Source: an uncultured delta proteobacterium (lineage in GTDB: Bacteria; Desulfobacterota; Desulfobacteria; Desulfobacterales; JAFDCJ01). Taken from it: a stretch of 64,000 nt of DNA. Made by a program: the position numbers and the translations under genes. The notes under the pieces were generated by a model, which saw only the letters and a list, made by a program, of their open reading frames with translations, was not told the DNA's origin and ran no database searches. The DNA is taken from the NCBI GenBank assembly GCA_963769935.1, contig CAVYNY010000016.1, forward strand, positions 224,001-288,000, given 5' to 3'. Positions 57,530 to 64,000 of the stretch are shown in pieces; the first letter of the stretch is position 1; each line of letters begins with the position of its first letter.

Positions 57530-58618
57530 TCACTGTTTCATCAGTTTGACTTTCATCCCATCGGCTAAAAAACTCACCCCGGCCACCGCAATAACATCCC
57601 CGTCCGCAAGTCCCTCGGACACGATTGCTTCTTTATTCTCCATACCACGGGAGCGGACCCGAGTTTTTTTGACCGTCGATGTCTGGGGGTCATAGACAAA
57701 AGCATACCCCTGGTTCTCCTCCGTAGCCGGCAGAATTGCCTGGAGCGGGACCAGGAAACCGGCCTCCCGGTTGGCATCTTTTATAAAAAGATTTGCTTCA
57801 GCGGTCATGCCGGGTTTTACATCTTTATTCGGATCAATCAGCACCACCTTGACCGGAAAGGCGCCGGCCTTAACAGCGGCGGAACCGATAAAGGAAATAC
57901 GGCCTTTGGCGGAATCACCCGGCAGCGTGGGAAATGAGATGGTTGCCGGACCATCGATGTGTATCCGGTCGATGGTGGACTCCGGAACGGCCAACTGTAC
58001 CTCCATGGTCCCCTTGGCATTAATTTCGAACACTTTCTGTCCGACTTTCACCTCCTCGTGCGGCTGCACCGAGCGCCAGGCGATGGCGCCGTCGTAGGGG
58101 GAGAGCAGCTTCGTTTTGCGCAGATTGCGATTGGCAAGATCCAGTCTTGCTATCTGAACATTTACCGCGCTCCCGGCGGCCTTATAATTATATTCGGCGG
58201 CATCCAGATCACTTTTGGCCCCCGCACCCTGTTCGAAAACCCGCTTCTGGCGATCGAACTCCGCCTTTGTATTGGTAACGTTGGCCTTGATCTTTACAAG
58301 TTCAGCCTGGACTGCATCCACCTCCAACTGGTAGGGCTCCGGATCAAGCGCAGCGAGCACCTGCCCTTTTGTCACGTGGTCACCGATGTCGACTTCCACA
58401 GATTCCACCTGCCCGGCGACCTGAAAACTGAGCCCGGAGGAATCGACCGCGGCGACAATTCCGGAAAATTTGCGGATCTGCTCGGTAGCCTGGTCTTTGA
58501 CGGTAATCGTCTTGATGGGTCTTATGACTTCAATAATTTCAGTTTTTTCTTTGCATGCCGCCAGGGCAAGCGATATGCAGATCAGCCCGAGCATCTGCTT
58601 TAATATCTGTTTGGTCAT
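57530..58618 (-). CDS. RND periplasmic adaptor (MFP) lipoprotein
   Basis: Lipobox LAAC; LSFQVAG, LLSPYDG and KPGMTA motifs. Confidence 0.93.
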   Translation of the reverse strand: MTKQILKQMLGLICISLALAACKEKTEIIEVIRPIKTITVKDQATEQIRKFSGIVAAVDSSGLSFQVAGQVESVEVDIGDHVTKGQVLAALDPEPYQLEVDAVQAELVKIKANVTNTKAEFDRQKRVFEQGAGAKSDLDAAEYNYKAAGSAVNVQIARLDLANRNLRKTKLLSPYDGAIAWRSVQPHEEVKVGQKVFEINAKGTMEVQLAVPESTIDRIHIDGPATISFPTLPGDSAKGRISFIGSAAVKAGAFPVKVVLIDPNKDVKPGMTAEANLFIKDANREAGFLVPLQAILPATEENQGYAFVYDPQTSTVKKTRVRSRGMENKEAIVSEGLADGDVIAVAGVSFLADGMKVKLMKQ

Positions 58619-58796
58619 ATCAAATCTCCCACGAAAAATATTGTAAGGGTCTTTTGACAATTATTTACGGGGCATAGCACCATAAGTTGCTTAAAATCAC
58701 AAATCTCATTTGAATACAACCTCTACTCTATTCCCCCCTTCTGGTCAATCATCATTTGAATCAGCCCACACGCGCAGTAAAGGCTGAATTAAGGCG

Positions 58797-59180
58797 AGAT
58801 GAGAAGGTGAGAAGGTGGGAGGGTAAGAGGGTGAGAAGCTAAGAAAATCAGAAAAGCAGAAGGTCAGACCGTCGGAAGGTCAGAAGGTGGGAGGGTGGGA
58901 AGGTGAGAAGTTGAGAAGATCAGAAAATCAGAAAACAGAAATCAGAAGAGCAGAAAGTCAGACGGTCGGAAGGTGAGAGGGTGAGAAGGTGAGAAGCTGG
59001 GAAGTTGGGAAATCCGATTCACCTCAATCAACCTAATCAACTCAATCAACCCAATAAACTCAATCAACCCAACAAACTCAATAAACTCAATAAACTCAAT
59101 AAACTCAATAAACACAACAAACACAACAAACTTCGGCTCTCCGCAATCTGCAATCATCAATCGAAAAACTCGCAATCCGT
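58797..59180 (+). repeat. Long composite repeat: 8-mer/7-mer purine tract, AAATCCGATTCA, about twelve 9-mers (CTCAATMAA), then GCAATC-type 7-mers
   Basis: Read directly; same junction as 2178-2297. Confidence 0.9.
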
Positions 59181-59182
59181 CA

Positions 59183-60091
59183 TCATCCCCTCCTTCGAAA
59201 ATAAATCACCGAATCCGTGGAATAGATGGCCAGGGCCGTCCAGATCATGATGAATGTCCACACCTGGACCTTTGAAAAAGGCTCATGGAAGTAAAATACT
59301 GCCAGCAGGAACATGCCGGTGGGGGCAATATACTGCAGCAGACCGAGCGTCGAAAGATTTATCCGCCTGGCGCCGGCCGTGAAAAAAGTCAGCGGAACAG
59401 CGGTAAGCACCGAGGTCCCCAGGAGAAGTAAATCAATACGGACACTGCCGCGCAGAAAAGATCCACTCCCTTTGGCGCCGAGATAGATGAGATAAGCTGC
59501 TGCCGGGGTTGTCAGCAGCATGGTTTCAATACTCAGACCCACCAGCGGCCCCACCGGCGCAACTTTGCGAATCAGCCCGTATAACCCGAAGGATGAGGCC
59601 AGCGCCAGCGCTATCCAGGGAAACGATCGGTAAGAAATGGTAAGGTAGACAACCCCTACTCCCGCTAACAAAACCGCCAGAACTTGGATCGGACGCAGGC
59701 GCTCTCTGAGAAACAAGACCCCGAATACAACGTTTATCAGCGGATTGATATAATAGCCGAGACTGCCTTGCAGCACGAAATCATTGTTAATGGCCCAGAT
59801 ATACAACCACCAGTTGAGTGCCAGTATAACGGCTGATGCAGACAGCATCAGGAGGATTCTAAGATCCTTCAACGCCCGGAATAATTCATCCCAGCGTCTT
59901 CCTATAAAGATTAAGACCAGCAGAAATATAAATGCCCAGACCACCCGGTGCAAAATGATTTCCAGCGGGGGAACTGAATCGAGGGCTTTCCAGTATATCG
60001 GACCCAGGCTCCAGATAAGAAACGCCGACCCCGCATACATCACACCGGATACTGATTCTGTTCTTAATCTTTTTGAATCATGTGTTTCCAT
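59183..60091 (-). CDS. rarD: RarD EamA-family transporter
   Basis: HRVVW, SLGYYINPL, YGLIRK and GLLQYIAPT motifs. Confidence 0.92.
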   Translation of the reverse strand: METHDSKRLRTESVSGVMYAGSAFLIWSLGPIYWKALDSVPPLEIILHRVVWAFIFLLVLIFIGRRWDELFRALKDLRILLMLSASAVILALNWWLYIWAINNDFVLQGSLGYYINPLINVVFGVLFLRERLRPIQVLAVLLAGVGVVYLTISYRSFPWIALALASSFGLYGLIRKVAPVGPLVGLSIETMLLTTPAAAYLIYLGAKGSGSFLRGSVRIDLLLLGTSVLTAVPLTFFTAGARRINLSTLGLLQYIAPTGMFLLAVFYFHEPFSKVQVWTFIMIWTALAIYSTDSVIYFRRRG

Positions 60092-60374
60092 TCAGTAAAA
60101 TGCCTAATCCCGCTTACAGCGGGACTAAGATGCACTAAAATTAAGGAGGTTAATCGTTTTAGATAAGCGAAGGAGATCCCTATTTCAGGATACTTCAGAA
60201 CTAATTCAGCTGGTTTCAGTATAACCGGAAACGAATAATTCCTTGTTTTCGCAGCCGGCACCATACTCCATCCCCGGAGGGGAGTCAAATCTCTTTGACT
60301 TTGAAAGATGATTCCATTAAAGCAAGGCTTCAGGTGTCTGGTGTCAGGTTTCAGCCCAATTGAAAAGAAAAAGA

Positions 60375-60562
60375 GGAATGGATTCTTATTTTAAAGAAAA
60401 TAATTGGACAGGATCAACAGGATCGTTAAGATAATACGGCCTTCGGCCGAAAGGCCCCTCGCCGCAGGCGAAAAAATTCCTGTTAATCCTGCGTGCCAGG
60501 GCGAAGCTTCTGCGAAGACTGGTTAATCCTGTCTAAATAAAAATAAAAATCGAATCCATTCC
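60375..60562. repeat. MITE-like element with 11-bp terminal inverted repeats, 9-mer arms and a nested 31-bp insertion at 60492-60522
   Basis: GGAATGGATTC/GAATCCATTCC termini; ACAGGAT and ATCCTGT arms. Confidence 0.8.
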
Positions 60563-60576
60563 ACTTACCCTCATTG

Positions 60577-60636
60577 AAGTTTCACACGAGCGCCGCCGCT
60601 GGCCGCAAGCGTCCAGTCTGATCGTAGAAGAAACTT
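60577..60636. repeat. Short element bounded by AAGTTTC/GAAACTT
   Basis: 7-bp inverted termini, GC-rich core, AGTTTCA repeated just downstream. Confidence 0.4.
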
Positions 60637-60674
60637 AATGTAGTTTCATATAAGCTATAGGAGGTCAGGATATT

Positions 60675-61481
60675 ATGAGTGAATCCGCCCAATTCAAAGT
60701 TGAACACGAAGCGCACATTGCCTGGTTAACCCTGAATCGGCCCGAAAAACGCAATGTCATGGGAACCGCATTCTTTAAGGAACTGGCCGGGCATTTAGAA
60801 GCGTTCGACCAGGATCCTGCCGTTCGGGTGGTGGTTGTCAAGGCCGAAGGCCAAAGCTTCACGGCCGGAACCGACCTTACAGAGGCCGCCTCGCTGCTGA
60901 GCGGTGCCGCCGCCGATCAGCGGGAGGCAACCCGCATAAAGATCTTAGCGCTCCAGACAGGCTTAACGAAATTAGAAGAATGCCGCAAACCGGTAATTGC
61001 CGCAGTGCACAGCCATTGCATCGGCGGCGGGATCGATCTGATCAGTGCCTGCGACATCCGGCTCGCAACCAAAGACGCAGTTTTCAGCATTCGAGAGACC
61101 CGCATGGGAATTATCGCCGACCTGGGTACGCTTCAACGCTTGCCCTACATCATCGGCCACGGCTGGTTTCGTGAACTGGCCTTGACGGGACGCGATTTCA
61201 CGGCTGAAGAAGCCTTGCAGATGCATCTGATCACCCGGATTTGCGAAGATCGCGATGCCCTGTATGCCGCAGCGAAAAAACTGGCACTTCAGATTGCCGC
61301 CTGCCCGCCCCTTACCGTTCAAGGCACCAAAGACGTTATGCTTTACAGCCGGGATCACGGCATCGCGGCCGGTCTGAACTACGTAGCCCAGAAAAACACA
61401 GCGGCACTTCCCTCGGAAGATGTCGTTGAAGCCGTGACGGCGTTTATGGAAAAGAGACCGCCCAAATTCAAAGGCAAATAG
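60675..61481 (+). CDS. Crotonase/enoyl-CoA hydratase family protein (dienoyl-CoA isomerase-like)
   Basis: LNRPEKRN, FTAGTD, CIGGG and ADLGTLQRLP motifs. Confidence 0.92.
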   Translation: MSESAQFKVEHEAHIAWLTLNRPEKRNVMGTAFFKELAGHLEAFDQDPAVRVVVVKAEGQSFTAGTDLTEAASLLSGAAADQREATRIKILALQTGLTKLEECRKPVIAAVHSHCIGGGIDLISACDIRLATKDAVFSIRETRMGIIADLGTLQRLPYIIGHGWFRELALTGRDFTAEEALQMHLITRICEDRDALYAAAKKLALQIAACPPLTVQGTKDVMLYSRDHGIAAGLNYVAQKNTAALPSEDVVEAVTAFMEKRPPKFKGK

Positions 61482-61566
61482 AAAAAGAGCACTGCGCTCC
61501 TCAAGGCCGAAGGCCGCTCACTGAGCGAAGCCATCGATCGACGATCATAAACTATGAAAATAGGAG

Positions 61567-62721
61567 ATGAATCAAATGTCTCATGGTGCCTTATCCGGAA
61601 TAACTGTTATAGACCTTTCCCGCCTCCTGCCGGGTCCCTACTGTTCGATGATTCTGGCCGATCACGGGGCCCGGGTCATCGCCATTGAAGATAGACGTTT
61701 TCTGGCGGACGGGCTCTTCATGAACATTATCAACAGGAACAAAGAGCACATGTGCTTGAACCTGAAAACGGAACAGGGCCGGGAAATCTTTTTCCGCCTG
61801 ATCCGGAGGGCCGATGTCGTGCTGGAGGGTTTTCGGCCCGGCGTTGTCGACCGGCTGGGAGTCGATTATAAAACGGTTTGCAAGGTCAATCCGCGCATTG
61901 TCTACTGCTCGATTACCGGGTACGGTCAAACCGGCCCCTACCGCGACCGGGTCGGACATGATGCCAATTACCTGAGCTATGCCGGTGTCTTGGATCTCAT
62001 CGGAGAGGCGGATCGTCCGCCGTCCATCCCGGGAGTTCAAATTGCCGATATTGCCGGCGGCGGCATGAATGCAGCCATCGGCATTCTGCTGGCCCTTATG
62101 GCCCGTGATAAAACCGGCCGGGGCCAATACATCGATATCTCCATGACCGACGGGATGGTGGGTTTGCTGCCGGCCGTAATGTTTTTTCATCAGCTGACCG
62201 GCCGGGAGCCGAAACGCGCCGATACCCTCCTGTCGCATCGCTATGCCTGCTATAACACTTACGAGACCGCCGACGGCCGGTTCCTGTCCATCGGCGCGGT
62301 GGAATATCGTTTCTGGCAGCAGCTTTGCCAGACCCTCGGTGTACCGGAATATGCATCCCTGCAGTATGATGATCAGCGCCGCCGGGAAATCCTGGACTTC
62401 ATGCGCACCACGTTCAAGAAAAAAACGCTGGCTGAATGGGAAGTCGAGCTCGGGGACCGGGATATCTGCTGGGGGCGGGTCCAGTCACTGGCGGAAGTGC
62501 TGGATGATCCGCTTTTCAGGGAGCGGGAGATGGTGGTTGAAATCGAGGGCAAAGACGGCCAAATGTCCAAAACCCTCGGCGTTCCCGTGAAACTGAGTGA
62601 TACCCCGGGCACGGTTCGCAGCCCACCGGTGGATTTTGGTGAAAGTACTGCAGCCGTACTCGGCGAGCTCGGGTATACGCCGGAAGAAATCAAGACTCTG
62701 GGCGAAAAGGAAGTGATCTAA
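61567..62721 (+). CDS. CaiB/BaiF family III CoA-transferase
   Basis: DLSRLLPGP, NRNK, EGFRPG, GHDANY and IADIAGG motifs. Confidence 0.93.
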   Translation: MNQMSHGALSGITVIDLSRLLPGPYCSMILADHGARVIAIEDRRFLADGLFMNIINRNKEHMCLNLKTEQGREIFFRLIRRADVVLEGFRPGVVDRLGVDYKTVCKVNPRIVYCSITGYGQTGPYRDRVGHDANYLSYAGVLDLIGEADRPPSIPGVQIADIAGGGMNAAIGILLALMARDKTGRGQYIDISMTDGMVGLLPAVMFFHQLTGREPKRADTLLSHRYACYNTYETADGRFLSIGAVEYRFWQQLCQTLGVPEYASLQYDDQRRREILDFMRTTFKKKTLAEWEVELGDRDICWGRVQSLAEVLDDPLFREREMVVEIEGKDGQMSKTLGVPVKLSDTPGTVRSPPVDFGESTAAVLGELGYTPEEIKTLGEKEVI

Positions 62722-62755
62722 AAATAAAATCCCAAACGCAGAAAGATTCGATTAA

Positions 62756-64000
62756 ATGGCAGCAGCCGATCAGAAATATGTCCTGTCGATTGACCTGGGA
62801 ACTTCCGGCAGCAAAACAGCGATAGTGTCGGTCCATGGGGAAGTCATTGATTTCGACTTCCAATCGGTTCCCTTATATCTTTTAGATAACGGCGGCGCGG
62901 AACAGAATCCATTGGACTGGTGGGAGGCAATCATGGCGACATCCAAACGGCTTTTGAGCCGGGGTTCGGTGGATCCGGACAATATTGTCGCCATTGCAGC
63001 ATCTACCCAGTGGTCCGGAACCGTGGCGGTCGATCGGAACGGCCGTCCCCTGATGAACGCCGTGATCTGGATGGATATGCGCGGCGCCGGATATGTCAAA
63101 GAAATGGCCGGCGGACCCCTAAAAATCGAAGGCTATGACATAAGAAAACTGCTGCGCTGGATCCGAATGACCGGCGGCGCGCCCGGCCTGTCCGGCAAAG
63201 ACCCGGTCGGTCATATTCTGTTGATCAGAAATGAGTTTCCCGACGTTTACAAAAATACCTTTAAATTTCTCGAACCCAAGGACTATATCAATTATTGCTT
63301 TACGGGCAGATACGCGGCCTCCTACGATTCCATTACCCTGCACTGGGTCACCGACAATCGCAATATCCGCAATATCGCCTACAGCGATGACCTGTTGCGT
63401 ATCTATAACCTCGAAAAGGATAAGCTGCCGGCGCTCAAGCGTTCCATCGACCTCCTGGGCCCGCTAAAAAAAGAAGTGGCCGCCGAACTGGGCCTGCGGG
63501 AAGATGTCCAGGTGGTGATGGGCTCCCCCGATGTTCAGGCGGCCGCCTTGGGATCGGGCGCCGTCCGCGATTTCGAGGGCCACCTTTACATTGGGACCTC
63601 TTCCTGGATATCGGCCCATGTGCCTTTCAAAAAGACGGATGTCCTGCATGCGATTGCCTCGATTCCCAGCGCGATTCCCGACAAATATCTGATCGCCAAC
63701 GAGCAGGAGACCGCCGGCGCCTCTTTAACTTTTCTGAAAGAAAACATCCTCTACCACAAAGATGAATTGCTGCGGGAAGAAGCGCTGCCCGACGTCTATA
63801 AGGTATTTGACCGCATCGCGGAAGCATCACCCCCCGGCAGCAACAGGGTGATCTTTACGCCGTGGCTCAACGGCGAACGCACACCCGTCGAAGACAATTC
63901 GGCCCGGGCCTGCTTATACAATTTATCTTTAAGTTCAACGCGGTCCGACATTATCCGGGCCTTTCTGGAGGGTGTGGCCTGCAATCAGCGCTGGGCATTG
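62756..64000 (+). CDS. FGGY-family carbohydrate kinase (xylulokinase-like), 3'-truncated; absent from the ORF track
   Basis: MAAADQKYVLSIDLGTSGSKT..., IWMDMRG, GTSSW, PWLNGERTP, RAFLEGVA; frame open to the window end. Confidence 0.9.
   Translation, partial: MAAADQKYVLSIDLGTSGSKTAIVSVHGEVIDFDFQSVPLYLLDNGGAEQNPLDWWEAIMATSKRLLSRGSVDPDNIVAIAASTQWSGTVAVDRNGRPLMNAVIWMDMRGAGYVKEMAGGPLKIEGYDIRKLLRWIRMTGGAPGLSGKDPVGHILLIRNEFPDVYKNTFKFLEPKDYINYCFTGRYAASYDSITLHWVTDNRNIRNIAYSDDLLRIYNLEKDKLPALKRSIDLLGPLKKEVAAELGLREDVQVVMGSPDVQAAALGSGAVRDFEGHLYIGTSSWISAHVPFKKTDVLHAIASIPSAIPDKYLIANEQETAGASLTFLKENILYHKDELLREEALPDVYKVFDRIAEASPPGSNRVIFTPWLNGERTPVEDNSARACLYNLSLSSTRSDIIRAFLEGVACNQRWAL

Noticed and set aside
58797..59180. 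CRISPR array
   Set aside because: Units are 7-9 nt and contiguous, with no unique spacers and no cas genes.
58942..59250. ORFs with FIEFIE / NKLNKL repeats
   Set aside because: Translation artefacts of the 9-mer tandem repeat; no RBS or domain.

Overview
Chromosomal window from a sulfate-reducing deltaproteobacterium, probably Desulfobacterales-like (inferred from tmcDCBA, flxDCBA, a two-cysteine dsrC and ahbA). The core is an energy-metabolism locus: tmcDCBA is transcribed divergently from hdrA'(Sec)-nuoE-nuoF-[nuoG'::hdrA'']-flxD(Sec)-flxC-flxB-flxA-dsrC. Here HdrA is split by a complete NuoEFG'/HydCBA-like module, and two genes missed by the ORF track need UGA read as selenocysteine. Also present: a type IV minor-pilin/PilY1 cluster with sigma54 promoters; two AT-rich signalling patches (Ser/Thr kinase, degenerate GGDEF, FHA, PilZ, MglA lacking its catalytic Arg) that share a sigma28-type promoter motif; a convergent pair of paralogous radical SAM genes; acyl-CoA metabolism genes; an RND pump; and an istB remnant. 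Many intergenic spacers hold palindromic elements whose arms are 7-10-nt tandem repeats. One encloses an internally deleted four-helix-bundle gene, and three carry nested 31-39-bp hairpin insertions, which suggests an undescribed mobile-element system. No rRNA, tRNA or CRISPR array was recognised. All calls come from reading the sequence; no searches were run.
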